From the NCBI RefSeq assembly GCF_009834535.1, contig NC_045696.1, forward strand, positions 19,594,001 through 19,658,000: a stretch of DNA of 64,000 nucleotides, written 5' to 3'. A program made the position numbers and the translations under genes. The notes under the pieces were generated by a model. That model did not search any database. It worked only from the letters and a program-made list of their open reading frames with translations, and had not been told where the DNA came from. How positions within the stretch are numbered: position 1 is the first letter of the stretch; every line of letters begins with the position of its first letter. This stretch comes from Camelus ferus (taxonomy: Eukaryota). Of this stretch, positions 1 to 13,380 are shown piece by piece.

Positions 1-1770
1 GCTCTGGGATAAGTTCAAAGGGCCTAAAATATGTGAAACTGGAGTCCCAAAGGAGTGTGAGACATAAAATAATATGTGAAGAACTAATGACCAAAACATT
101 TCTAAGTTTGTCAACAAAATCCAGGCAGAAAAATAATGAAAAAAATCATACCAAAGTATATTATCTCCAAATTGCTTAAAACCAGTGAAAAAGAATCTTC
201 AAGAATCTGGGAAGACTGGGTAGATGACACACTTTACAAACACAGCACAAAATAAGAATGAGAACAGACTTTTCATCTGAAATAACTCAGGCCAAAAATA
301 ATGGCTCAGAGTTTTTAAGGTAGTGAAAGGAAAAAAAAAAACAAAAAACCTTGTCCATTTAGAATCCTATAACCAGCAAAATTGTATTTCAAATATGAAG
401 GGGAAATAAAGACCATCTCAGACATTCAGTAGGTGATGTTAATCATCCCTTGCAGACTTGCACTGTAATAACTGTTAAAGGAACTCATTCAGGCATTTGG
501 AAACTGATACCAAATAGAAATCTGAATATACATGAAGACATGAAGAGCCATGGAAATGGTAACCATGTGGATAGAAATAAAAGCCTTTTTTAAAAAAATT
601 AAGTCAAGTTAAGAGCTAATTGACAATTTAAAATGAAAAATAAAAAACAGCAAATGAAGTGTGAAGATACGGTAGGCAGAATAATGCCCTTTCCTCTGCA
701 AAGATGCCAATGCCCATGGCCCAGACATCTCTGAATACATTCAGTTACAAGGCATAAGAGACTTAGCAGACATAACTAAGATCATAGACATTATCCAGGT
801 GAGAAAAATTAACAAGCCTTCAAAACCAGAGAACCCAGGTGGAAAGAAGTCAGGACATGCAACAGAAGGGGAAGTCACAAATATTCCAAGTCTGAGATGG
901 ATTTAAGGCACCATTGCTGGTACTGGAAGAAGAAGCCCAGAGGGTGGCCTCTGAGAGTTAAGTACCACCTCCTCCAGGTGACATGCAGCAAGGAAAAAGT
1001 ACCTTCATTCTATAGAATGAGGATAAATTCTGCCAACAACCTTAATGATAGAAGAGATTCTTCCCCAGAGCCTGCAGCAAGGAGCACAATCCTGCCAACA
1101 CTTCGATTTTATAAAAATTATAAAATAAATAATAATATTATTATATTTCTATAATACCCTGAACAGATCCCAGTTGACCCTACTTGGATTTCTGAACTAC
1201 AAAAACTGTGAAGTTATAAATTTGTGTTGTTTAAAGCCACTGAATTTGTGGTTACTTGTTACTCCAGAAATAGAAAACTAATAGAGTTTATAATTTACGT
1301 AGATGCAAACTAACTGATGATAATAGCACAAAGGCTGGAGGAAGGTATTGTTATTCAATATGTGTAATAATATATCACTTGAAATATGATTTGAAAATCA
1401 ACTACTAAAATAACACATAACAATGAACTATGATCAGTGAGCCAAAGTAAAAAAAGATTGGTAAAAAATATTCCAAAATCTAAATAAGTCAAAAATAGAA
1501 GAAAAAGGGAACAAAAAAGATAACAAAGAAAACAAATAGAAAGAATTAATTCCAACTAAATCAATAAGATATTTAATGTAACTTTTGTAAACATTCCAAT
1601 ACAAAGGTGGAAACTGTTAGAATTTATATATATAAACAAAATAAAACAAAACAAAGACCCAATGATATACTGTCCTTGAAAAACAATTAGTCAAAAATAA
1701 AAGGAAGGAAAAGGTATACCATAAATAAAATAGGGATTAAAAAATAGTAAATAATTATTTTTATATTTTT
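1..1770 (+). mobile_element. Old, degenerate L1 fragment (ORF1 3' part, spacer, start of ORF2), interrupted by an MLT1 LTR
   Basis: A-rich plus strand with L1 ORF1-like segments such as agaatcctataaccagcaaaattgtatttcaaatatgaagggg. No open frame. Boundaries approximate. Confidence 0.7.
668..1285 (+). mobile_element. MaLR solo LTR (MLT1 family, D/E-like)
   Basis: Begins ggtaggcagaataatgcc and ends ataaatttgtgttgtttaaagccactgaatttgtggttacttgttac...aatagaaaactaata, the typical MLT1 termini. Confidence 0.85.
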
Positions 1771-1771
1771 T

Positions 1772-2756
1772 AAAAGAGCCAACCAAATCAACAAACCTCT
1801 GGACAGAATCACCAAAAAGAAAAGAGAGAGGACCATAAAATGAAACAATATATGAAAGAGAAGATGATACAACCAATATCACAGAAATACAAAAGAAAAA
1901 TGAAAATACTATGAACAACTACATGCCAACAAACTGGTCAACCTAGAAGAAACGGACAAGTTTCTGTAGAAATATAGTCACCTAAAGCTGAATCAAGAAG
2001 AAACAGATAATTTGAACAGACCTATTACTAGAAGTGAAATAGAATCTGTTAAAGAAAAAAAACTCTATAAAGGAAAAATCCAGGATCAGATGGCTTCACT
2101 TGGGGATTCTACCAAACATACAAAGAAGAACTTACACTATCCTTCTCAAACTCTTCCAAAAGACTGAGAGGAAGGAACACTCCCAAACTCTTTCTACGAA
2201 GCCACTACTACTCTGATACAAAAGCCAGACAAAGACACTGCCTAAAAAGAAAATTAAGGCCAATATCTTTGATGAAAATAGATGCAAAAATAATTTGCAA
2301 AAATTAGCAAACTGAATCCAAAAACACATAAAAAAGATCATACACTACAATCAAGTCAGATTCATCTCAGGGTCAGAAGGATGGTTCATCACATGCAAAT
2401 AAATTGATCTGATAACCACATTAACAAAAGAAAGGACAAAAATCACATGACCAATGCAACAGATGGAGAAAAAGCATTTGATAAAATTCAACATCTATTC
2501 ATGTTAAAAACTCTTACCACAGTGGGTACAGAGAAAATGTATCTCAACATAATAAAAGCTATATATAACAAACTCACAGCCAACATAATAATGGTGAAAG
2601 GTTGAAATCTGGAACAAAACAAGGATGTCCACTCTCACCACTGCTATTCAACATAGTATTAGAAGTCCTACCCACAGCAATCAGACAAGAAAAATAAATA
2701 AAAAGGGATCCAAATTGGAAGCGAAGATGTAAAATTGTCACACTATGCAGATGACA
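1772..2756 (+). mobile_element. Less diverged L1 ORF2 fragment, from the Z region to the RT catalytic motif, with stops and frameshifts
   Basis: Recognisable ORF2 motifs [35 protein letters not shown], ending at LYADD (ctatgcagatgac). Confidence 0.92.
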
Positions 2757-3301
2757 TCCCTCATGGATGACTGTGAGGGATTCAAGACTTCAGTGGAGGA
2801 AGTTAACATCAGATGTAGTGGAAACAGATGTGACTGAATTGCTGCAATCTCATGAAAAATGATGACAAGTTGCTTCTTATGGGTGAGCAAAGAAGGTGGT
2901 TTCTTGAGGTGGAATTTACTTCTGTGAGGATGCTGTGAAGGCTGTTGATATGACAACAAAGGATTTAGAATATTACATAAACTTAGCTGATAAAGCAGCT
3001 CCAGGGTTTGAGAGGATGGACTTCAATTTCAAAAGAAGTTCTACTGTGGGTAAAATGTTATCAGGCAGCATTGCATGCTGCAGAGAAATTGATTATGAAA
3101 GGAAGAGTCAATCGATGCAGAAAACTTCATTGTCTCATTTTAAGAAACTGCCACAACCACTCCAGCCTTCAGCAACTATCTCCCTGATCAGTCAGTAGCC
3201 ATCAACATCAAGGCAAGACCCTCCACTAGCAAAAAGATTAGGATTAGTACTTTTTCAGATGATGGTTAGCACTTTCCAGCAATAAAGTATTTTTTGATTA
3301 A
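2757..3301 (+). mobile_element. Tigger1 (pogo/TcMar) DNA transposon fragment, transposase C-terminal region
   Basis: ORF 2935..3198 ([37 protein letters not shown]...) resembles the Tigger1 C-terminal region. Followed by caagaccctccactagcaaaaagatta. No TIRs retained. Confidence 0.92.
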
Positions 3302-6300
3302 AAAAGAAGCTCGAAAATTTCTCTGGGGATTCTTGGATGTCTGTCAAAGACTTTCGGCAAAGATAAAGGCTTTGGAATTTATGATGGACAAGAAACTCCC
3401 CTTAGCAATCAGCCAAGCATTTTCTGCACTGACAGTCTGCACCTAGATTAACCAATGTGTCAAGCTTGCTTTGATTATTTAAGGGCCCTCAGTGACAGCT
3501 TCTTTGAGATTCCTCACTCAGATCTTGGTGGTTCAAGCTGAAAACAGCACCCACCTTGTATGTGAATAGGGTCCTTGGAAATCTTTCCTGATGCTTGCCT
3601 GCATTCTTTACAACTTGCTGCAACATACATTTTTCCCTTAAAACAAAACATTTACATGAACACACTCTGTGGAATTTGGTGAGTCCTTTTCAACATCTGA
3701 ACTTGAGAAAACTTTATAGAGACGAAACTAGTGCTATGAAATATCATGGGGGGAACTCATGTAATAAGGCAGATGAAATAGAGAAGCTTGAAAGAAATGA
3801 TGCTTGAACTGATAAGTCTTATAGGCAATTGGAAATCAGCCTGGTTAACAGAGAGAGAGAGCATAGTTTAGACAGAAAGTGTGCACTCTTTCATTCTGGT
3901 AAAACTAAGTGTATCTGCATAAAGGAGAAAACCATATTGTATTTAAAAATGTAATATACTAGATTTATTTAGAACTGGATGATTACTTGTACCTAACTTA
4001 GAATGAATTCTCTGTGTCTCTTAACTCTTTTCACTATTAAAAATTCACATGATCTGAATATCGACACTTTTATTCAAAGCCGTGGGATATGATGCAAATA
4101 AACAATAAAGACAAGAGATACTGATCATAAGAAACTTGCAATGTGACTAAAATACTGATAACTGCTTCCTAAGTTATCCTTTTGGGCAGCCCGTTTTCAA
4201 GAACAAAACTCATGAATGTCTCTCTAAAGTAAATTAGACATTAATGGTGCTGAAAGTCATTCATTTCCACAATGTGAGGTGGCAGCTTGATGACTTTTCC
4301 TTACTGATTGATTCTATGGAATGTTAAAATTTTGCATTATTGCTGTATTTGTGGCCTCATACAGATTTACTGAAGTTTTGTTGTTGTTGTTATTCATGTA
4401 GTGTTGTTATTGTTTTTGCAAATGATAGGATTTGCTTCTGTATTTAACGACCAAATATTAGAGAAAAAATACATTCCTGGGTTACCAAGAGGTGCCATCC
4501 AGGGGACAGGTGAGTTCAGAGTATGGTTCTGATTCAAACAATGAGAAAATTCTGCTTTCCCTTTTAATCGGGAATTGAAAGTAATACATTGTAAAATAAA
4601 CACATACTTATCCATGGTCTTTCAAATATGACATTATTCCACTTTAAATGCACTCAGGAAATTCTGGGCAGAAGAGAAATACAGACTGAAGAAAAGGCAA
4701 GAAACTATATAAACTTCTCACACCAATTAATGACGTTGAGGAGAAAGATAAGGATGTGCCCAGATCTTTGTAGGTAGGTGTTCTGTCTACTATCTCTCTG
4801 TCTATCTAATTTTCTATTATCTGAAAATTTCAAAATAATGTTTGGATAAGTATTAAGTATAATCATGCCTTGTAGTTATAGACTGCTAATCTTTGAGATT
4901 TAATGGGATCATTAGGAAGAAAAGTATTTAGTAAATTTAGAAAATATTCCTATTTTGACAAGTGCTTACTTACTGACCATTTGGTGAATTATGTATTGTA
5001 TAATATACAATATATAAATGTATAATATATAAATTACAAATTCTCTCATAATCCACAGTCATTAAACTGACTTAAATATCTCTCTGCATGATTGAGTCAA
5101 TTGTATTATTGACATACAAAAGGGTAGTTCACTATCTTTAATGTTTTTATATATGTCTTGCATTACATAACCTTGCATAAAATTTAAAGAGAAAAATTCT
5201 TACTTTCCACTTTTTATAGAAAGAAAAGTATTTTTTCCTAATTTTCTTAACTTTAAGAAATGGCTAGAAACAGGCAGGAATACAAAGTCACTGCCTGAGG
5301 GTCGCTGCAGTAACAAAATGCACAAAATGCATTCAGATACCTACTTGTACGAATATGTCTGGCCATGGTCATCACTGGTGCTTTTAATGTTCGGAGGAAG
5401 ACTAAAGATACAATTGCTTTAAAATTACACTACTAAGTGTTTTTCATCCACTCTCAATTGTTCCTGCATCCATTATCCCAAGTTTCAACCAGCAGTTAGT
5501 GGATCATTCTTTACAAATTTACAAAAGTTTCAGAAAATAGTGATTGTTATACCTTAGAAGAACATCTTATAAAAATAATCCTCTATTGGCTATATTTTAA
5601 ATTTAAAAGTTATTCCCAGATCTTTCACCATTTCTGAGTAGTTTTGAGAACATTTTATTTAACTAAGGGCTAGGAATCTGAGGGGTTAAAGCAAGAGAAA
5701 TAATTTTGATCCTCTTTTACAGAATGTACCTATGATTTGTGTATAAGAGAGTCCATGCGTGTGTGTGTAGTATAATTATATAGTAAAAGGAGTTCAGAAG
5801 TTTATAGATAAGATGTCCTACAAATTCAGCAAATAGATAATAAAAATGTAATAAGGGATAATAATAAAAGGAGGACAGCCACTGGTAGGTTAATGAAAAG
5901 TTTCAGCCATTTAGAAAGCCTATCGGAAGAGTCAGTAAAGAGCAGGTGTAAACACATATAAATATGTGGGAAAATATTGGAGATATACCAAGAGTACCTC
6001 AATGTTTGGTAGATGAGGGAAACCAGGTGACTGGAAATAGAATATTCAAGTCATGTGGCAAGATTTCTCTCAAATTATCGACTGGACCTATCTGTGAACT
6101 TACTCACATCCTCACCCATTTTTGACTAATTTCCTCCAGATTCAGCATAAAATACATCCTCTTTACGTTCAAGGTAAATCTTCCTTACACATGTGTCATA
6201 TTCCTGGTAGTACACAGGAAACTAGCAAGGACATCTTTCAACTAATCATTGAAAAAACAGAGTATGTAGTGGAAGAAAGGGAATGTGAAGGGAAAGCTGC

Positions 6301-7759
6301 AAAGAGTAAACAGTGGAAAAAAGAGAAGAGCTCCCTCCAGAGCCAGGATTTGGCAAAAAAGTGAATGTGAAGGAAGAGTTGACTGGAAGTGTTTGGTTGG
6401 GACTTCAGTATACTTTGAGGTGGAAGGAGATGAAGCAGGTCCATGATGAAGTCCACATCAGGAGGAATAAAAATTAGTAACAATTGAGAGAGCTGCATGA
6501 TAACTTGGAGGGGGAAGCACATGATAAGTCAAATTTTGTAATTAAAAAGATAGATCATGTGGATAAAGGTAGTGCTTTTATTTTATTGAAAAAATTTTGC
6601 AGCCTCAAAGTTTTCATTGAAACAGCTCCAAGAGGTTTTATAAGGGAGACATAATAAAGGATACTTTTAGAGAGAGTTCAAGATTAAAAGGAGCCGTAAG
6701 CAGGGCAACAGTCAATAAGACTGGAGCAGAATGATTTTTCTGACCTAAGTAAAGGCAAAATGTGAGAGAAAAGCACAGTTATCTGGTGGCATTAGTCAAT
6801 GCATTCCCTTGGCAGGGTCCAACCGCATCATCCAGAAAGGGAATAAATTGATGGTTGATTTTGTCAACACTGTTACTTTGAAGAGAAATGGCCAGGAATT
6901 TTAAGGTATGAGAGTTTGTGACCATAATGGGGAAATGTGACTAATTAGAAGAACTGGAGATAAGGCAGTGTTCAAGTAAAGGTCAGATCAGGATCTGTTG
7001 TCAGTTCTGTTAGAGGAAGAGTGGGGTGTGGAAGGAGGATGATTTGCTTTGGGAACAGTCGATGTGATGTAGACAGAAGGGGACATTTCATACACGACTG
7101 TACCGGTGTCACAAAGGAACACACTCCAGTGTTTATCTCCGCATGAACCCTGACATAATAAGCCTAGACGTATGGAATTAAATAGTCCAGTTTGAATGAC
7201 AGACTTGAAGATCCAAACTTTGTTAATGAAAACACTCATATCCAAATAATCCCTCCTTTAAAATAAACGTAATCATATGTAAACATCCACAGATCATCTA
7301 GGATGGAAATTGACTCAAATAAGTTATAAATGTGTTACAATAGAAATTACAATAGCAGAACAGATTAAAAGGCTTAACATCATGCTACGTCTGCCAGAAG
7401 ATATTTCCTTTTTAAGATTAGACTCAAGTTAATGTTTTACTCTAAAAATATGTGCATAAATTTATGTATACATACATATATAACATAATAATAGTGCATA
7501 TTTATACTTCTTCCTATAAATTTAGCCCTTTTCAAAAAACTTTACATGTAACTAATATAACTCCCATTTTTACAAGAGCACACTGAGCACAAGTTCTTGC
7601 CCATGCCAAAATACACTTACATTTCCTACCTTAAACTTATTTTAAAACGAAAAATAAAAGTGCATGTATATAGTTTTACTACTAATAGTTCCATATAGTT
7701 AAAGCATAGGTTACCCATATCAGAATGGTTGGGGAAGGGGGCTGGTGATCATTAAAGGC

Positions 7760-8240
7760 TTCCTATGCCACAAAAAATGCTTTTATTTTTGTCTTGAAGG
7801 TAATGGGAAACACTGACAATTTTAAGGGTTGAAAGGTTTGATGGATAGAAAGTTGGAATTGAAAGATTGACAGTAAAGGAAAACAACTTGCAGCCTTTCA
7901 AGAAAAATACAAAAAAAAAAACCAAAAAAAAAAACAAACCTGAAAGGGCAGCACTCTTATGGAAAGCATGACAGGGAAAGTAGAACATATTTGATAGACA
8001 TTTAAAGAAATAAAATGGGCATCTTGGTCACATATTAGATTACCAAAGTGGAGATAACCAGGATAACATTCATGTATCTTCTGACCTCACAGAATGTCAC
8101 GTTAACACAGGCAGGAAATATAGTAGGAGAAGCCAAGCGTGGAGGAAGAGATGCCATTGTGAAGCCATCAACTTAGTTATTCATGTCCACTAATATATGA
8201 AAGGGTAAGCTAATGTATTCTATATTAAATTTGAGAACCC
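7760..8240 (-). mobile_element. L2 LINE fragment
   Basis: Purine-rich degenerate sequence resembling the reverse complement of the L2 body. Boundaries approximate. Confidence 0.5.
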
Positions 8241-8629
8241 TGCGAATACTATTTGATAGATAGTTTTATGCAACAAGTAATCATGTAATTTAAAAGTAAA
8301 ATCTAGTATCAAACTTCACCATATTTCATTTGGCATATTTTCAACAACCACAGAGTCAACAAAAGGCAACAACTACAAAGCCATCAAAAAGCAACTCCCT
8401 TATAGACTCCTTGTAAAAGAGATTTACAATGTTAAATAAGTCATGGATTCTGACCTTGAGACTGCAGTACAATGTAATAGATGCCATCGTAGAGGTAAGG
8501 AGATTTCCTCCTGATATAGAAGAAGTTTCATTAGGGAAGTCGTGAATGCAGAGTTTCCACGGTTGCCCTTCTAATAAACATATTGCTCAAATGTGACCAT
8601 AAAATATGTACAAATTGTTATCGACTTAC

Positions 8630-8767
8630 CATTAACAATAACAATGATATCACGGAAGTCAATTTCTCCCCTGGCTTCCACTCTTCCTTCACACCTATAT
8701 ATACCTTCATCACTTTTATTGATGTTGAGAATCTGCAGATTATTGTTAGCTAACATGGCGAACCGAT
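8630..8767 (-). CDS. NCAM2: NCAM2 coding exon (exon 5 equivalent), second half of Ig2: [46 protein letters not shown](V)
   Basis: Overlaps ORF 8571..8756. DEGIYRC motif. Acceptor cctttccag, donor ATG|gtaagt, 138 nt, phase 1-1. Confidence 0.98.
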
Positions 8768-10455
8768 CTGGAAAGGAAGCAAAGGGGAGGAAATGATATC
8801 AGTAATTGAAGGCCGAGTCCAGTGTGCTCTAAATTGCTAAGAGTTAAAATATAGCACTTGTCTGACACTATCATACTTTTCATCAACAAACAAATTCAAA
8901 TTTGAAAGTAAAATGTAATTTCATGACTTCAGTTTTTCCACTCCACACTGCCTTGTTGCACCTTTTTTCTAAAATACATTTAAGACTTTATTTCCACATA
9001 AAGTGGTTAGGCTATTATTTTCCCCCTGGTACTTTGAATGCAGACATGGTACACAAAAGAACAAAGCCGAGAGATTAGATATTGCAGACACGAAGACATT
9101 TTGACTGCAAATATGTAGCAACTTGCGTACAGAAAAGGGTTAGAAAATTGATTGAATATCCTTCCTCACACAATAATTAAACTAATAACTGCACATACCC
9201 TGAGGAGGCAGCTAAATGATATAATATTCAAGTCATGCTGAGGACATATAAAATGGTCATATCTCAAATTTATTTGAAGGATTTTTTTCTAAATGCAAGA
9301 TAATCCATTTTAGGAATGAATAGATTAGACTTCATTAACTTTGTTTCAAGATTCCACTTTATGTGTGAGTGTATGCACATGCATATATACAAAAATAAGC
9401 TGTTACAGGGCATGCACTAGCTGATGGCCTAAATATTCTGGCTACCCGAAGAAGCATTTCAGCCTGACAACATTTTCCATAATGCCTGGCCTTAGTTTTT
9501 AATCATCACATTTTTGTTGCAGTGTTCTTACCAAGTAAAGAATGTCTTCCCATCTAGTCCTATTTTGAAATGTGTTGTAAATACAATGTTCTAAATTTCA
9601 TTAATTAATTCATCCACAGATATCACTGAACATCATCTGTTTGCTAGGTACTATATTTGTATATACTGGTGAATAAGAGAAACAAATCCTTGACCCCCTT
9701 GGGCCTTTCGGTAAAGTAGAAATGTCAGTATTTTAAGGTACACACCTCTGGGATATCTACTGTTAGAGGCTGCTTTTTGGAACTGTTCAAATAAATATTT
9801 ACTATTCTTCCCCTATCTACTGGCTTAATAGAGAGGTTAGGGCAAACACAGAAGCCACATGAGAAAATGGATCACTGAATGGATGCAAGGAGTAGAATCC
9901 TGCCTCTTCCCCTGCTGCCAACTGGACTTGAGAAATTAACTGCTATGACATTAAGTCATTCAGATTTGGGGGGTTCATTTTTCATGGCAATTTCTTAAAT
10001 CAAATGAGAAGTTTGGGCTAGAAATACAAACAAGGGCATTACTGATAATAATAGCTCTTTAAAACAGAGAAGTATGTGGTTACTTGTCTGAGAGATCGTT
10101 AATAAAGAATGGAAAAGTGTAGATTCTGAAGCTGCTGCAGAGAGAAAATACTGACTATAAAGCTACAAACACCTAATTATCAGCCCACGGGATACAAACT
10201 TTTCCAAAAGACTTATTCCATCTTTTGGTTGACTCTAAGAAGAGATACAAAAATGTTTATGAAGATGTTTTCCCCTGGTAAATTTTATCAGCAAGGGAGA
10301 GACTGGAGAGAAAGAAAGTCAATGATCAAAAAATTTTGAAGTGTAATTCACAATAAATCCTACAGTAATTCAGAACTCCTAAAAATTCACAGTGTTTCAA
10401 AGTAAATTAAAAGAACTCTAAGTGTGCTGCTAAAAATTAGAATGAGAAGCAATTA

Positions 10456-10687
10456 CAGTTGACCCTTAAGCAACCTGGGTTTGAAATGTGCAGGTCCACG
10501 TATGTGCAAATTGTCTTTCAGTAGTAAACACAGTGCTACACAATCTGCAGTTGGTTGAATCCAAGGATGCAGAGCAGCAGATCTGGAGGAACTGCAGAAA
10601 AGGAAGGCCAACTATAAGCTATACTTGAATTTTCAACTATGTGTAGAGTTGGTATCCCTAACCCGTGTGTTGTTCAAGGGTCAACTG
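10456..10687. mobile_element. Complete Tigger2-type MITE (MER8-like), 232 bp
   Basis: Terminal inverted repeats cagttgacccttaagcaac ... gttgttcaagggtcaactg, flanked by TA on both sides (10454-55 and 10688-89). Confidence 0.92.
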
Positions 10688-11589
10688 TATAAATCAAAAG
10701 TTAAAGTTTAGAGATGGATGTACCAAATCATACCTAAGACATTGTAATATTAAATTTTCTGATTTACTAAAATATGTATCATCCTATAACTGTAATGTTC
10801 TTTAATGGCTACAGTTTAATTAATAAAAAGAGTAAGGGGTAAATCAACTATACTTCAATTAAAAAAAAGATTAAAGGGAAGCATTATTATAATCAGGAAG
10901 GCAATGTCCTATATAAAAAAGAGAAAAAAATAAGAATCTGCAAAATACATATTTTTAATGAAAATAAATGTTCCCTCTGATGGCAAAATTTCAGTTTCAA
11001 ACAGCAAATTTAATACATCACTTCTATGGCTAGAGAAGGAAACTAAAGCCACTACATATAAATATATGCCATTATATATGTTAAAGTATATAAAAATTTT
11101 CCATACAGAAAACAAATACAAGGAAATTGCATATCAAATTCTAAATATATATGTAAAGTCCATGGAATGATGTTAGCAAACTATCAAACCAAAAAACATC
11201 TTTACTTTGTGTTTACCAAGGACCTTTGAAGAAAGCACTGCTTCAAACAATCACACGTAACTATGGGTATCAGGACAATTTAACCATTAGAGACTATTTC
11301 TCTCAGTTTTACAAACACTGAGATATTCATCATTGCAGTAAGAAAAATAAATGAAATCAGATGATACCCAATAAGGTGTCTGTTTTATGATTCTTTAGGT
11401 GGGTTATTTTCTAAGTTCCCTTTTCTTCCTGTTCCATAGCCATTATTGAATGGTTTGCCTCGTCTACTCTTATGGGTTCAATTACCAACTATATTTTGAT
11501 GACTCATTTTTTCTTCAGACCAGATGATTCCTGTGAATTCCAGAACAGTGCGAGTCTACCAGATGTACATACCTGGAAGTGTTGTAAAT

Positions 11590-12663
11590 ATTTCGATCTC
11601 AGCATATGTAAAATTAGGTCACTATCTCTGCCTGAAATTTCTCAGAGAAATTAGATCATGTCACTGCCTTGATTAAAACTCTTTAGTGATGTCCCTTTTG
11701 TATAGATTCTAAACTCAACAGAGACATCAAGGCCATGTTGACTTGACCCAAACTTCTTTTCCAGATTCCTTTCTTGTTAGCACTTTACTTACAAATCCTA
11801 GTTATATTTATCTGTTATTATAAGTGTTCTAGTTGTACTTATTCATAAATTCTGGTTATCATCAGCTTACTTCAGTTTCTGGAATGTGCCACTCATGCTT
11901 TCACCTGTAGGCCACTGCATATGTTGTTCTTGCCTCCTAAAAAGTCTGCACCACTCTACTTGGCTAATTCCTTTTCTTACTTAAAGGCATTTTTGTGTCT
12001 CAGCAGGCATCTTGAACACGTTCCTCTGCCCCAACTAGTTCCCTGTTCTTTCTTTATCATCCTCTATCACTGCACTTTCCTTATCATAGACCTCAACATA
12101 CCTTGTTTTCACTGATTTATCTACTGATCTCTTCCACTAGATTATTAGTATTTTTAAAATAGTGGTGTGAAGGAAAAGCTGGGCTGGGCTAACAAGATAA
12201 CTTATAAATCTAAGTGTAATAAGTGACAGTTTACTGATCTAAGTTCTGCTGGGCTAACTCATAAATCTGAAGTTTAGTGTCAGTTTACTGGGCTAACAAG
12301 CTAACTCGTAAATCCAAGCTCAACAAGTGTCAGTAACGTGATCTGTTCCTAACAGATAAGCTCCAGTGTACCGATTCCTTGGTTTTGCTGTTCGAGCCTT
12401 ATTGGCTAATAGCCCCAAGCTTGTAATTAACCCTATAAAACCCCATGCACACATCTTGGAGGTGCTCAGAGCTTCGGAGCAAAAGCCCCTCTGAGCCCGC
12501 CGGCGTAATACATCTGAGTACTCCGACCCTCCGAGTGGTGCTTTTTCCTTGGCTGGCCTGTCATTTCTGTAACAGTGGATTGTTTATCATCTTAAACCAT
12601 GAATCATCACTGTCTAGCACACCAGATGGCATATACTAGGTGTTCAGTAACTGTTGAATGAAT
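11590..12663 (+). mobile_element. L2 3' fragment split by the solo LTR at 12166-12574
   Basis: cttccactaga... before the LTR continues after it as ...tctagcacacc...taggtgttcagtaactgttgaatgaat, the L2 3' terminus. Confidence 0.75.
12166..12574 (+). mobile_element. ERV solo LTR, 'family A' (class I-like), 409 bp
   Basis: TGTGA...TAACA termini, perfect 4-bp TSD gtgg (12162-65 and 12575-78), tandem U3 repeats, TATAAAA at 12434, polyA signal altered to AATACA at 12507. Homologous to 28561-28978. Confidence 0.92.
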
Positions 12664-12776
12664 TTTTATACAGGAAGTCGATTAAATAAAAATGTTATTG
12701 AACAAGATGATTTTATCCATAGTTTTTGAGGCAAAAAGGGTATTTCATTAGACAATGTTCAAAATATTTAGGAAGT

Positions 12777-13380
12777 TGTGGGAGCCCATGATTGGGTTAA
12801 CAAATTGTAACAGATCCCAGCCGCTTATCTCCTTAAAGAAGATGTGCTTAGTAACTGCCTTGAGGTTTTAGCAATGACCCAGGCCCCTGGCTATAAACGC
12901 TGAGCGTGCCTGCTGTTAGTCTTCTATCCCCAAACAGCCTTCGGCTGGAATGGTAAATAATTTATAAAAAGCTGCAGACTCAGAGGTGAGAAGGCTGGTT
13001 AGCCAATGACAGGTAAGATCCCCGGAGGGGGGCAACCTAAGACAGGCACAGCTGCCTGAGTCCAAGTTGTCAAGCAGCTGATTCCCATATGTTCTGCCCT
13101 GATAAGGCTCAACAGGAACATGATTCACCAAAAAGGGTCAGAACCGAACACCAACAATAAACAAAGCCTTTGTACTCATTGTGATCCCACCCTGTCCTTC
13201 CCTAAATTCCTGCATTCCTCCTTTGACTGTACTCAATAAATATGGGAGATTTGAGAGGCTTGTGGAGTTGGCTCCCGACTCCCTCTCGCTCTCTTGACTT
13301 TTCCTCAGAGTCTTGAGTAATTCATTCCATCTCGGTGGGACTTCTGCTGGCCAGAACCCACAACTGGTGACGAACCCACA
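12777..13380 (+). mobile_element. ERV LTR, 'family B' (6-bp TSD, class II-like), 604 bp
   Basis: TGTGGG...CCCACA inverted termini, perfect TSD ggaagt (12771-76 and 13381-86), AATAAA near 13234. Homologous to 31589-32135. Confidence 0.93.

Noticed and set aside
12184..12340. CRISPR-like repeat array
   Set aside because: These are imperfect tandem units with no unique spacers, inside a retroviral LTR in mammalian DNA.
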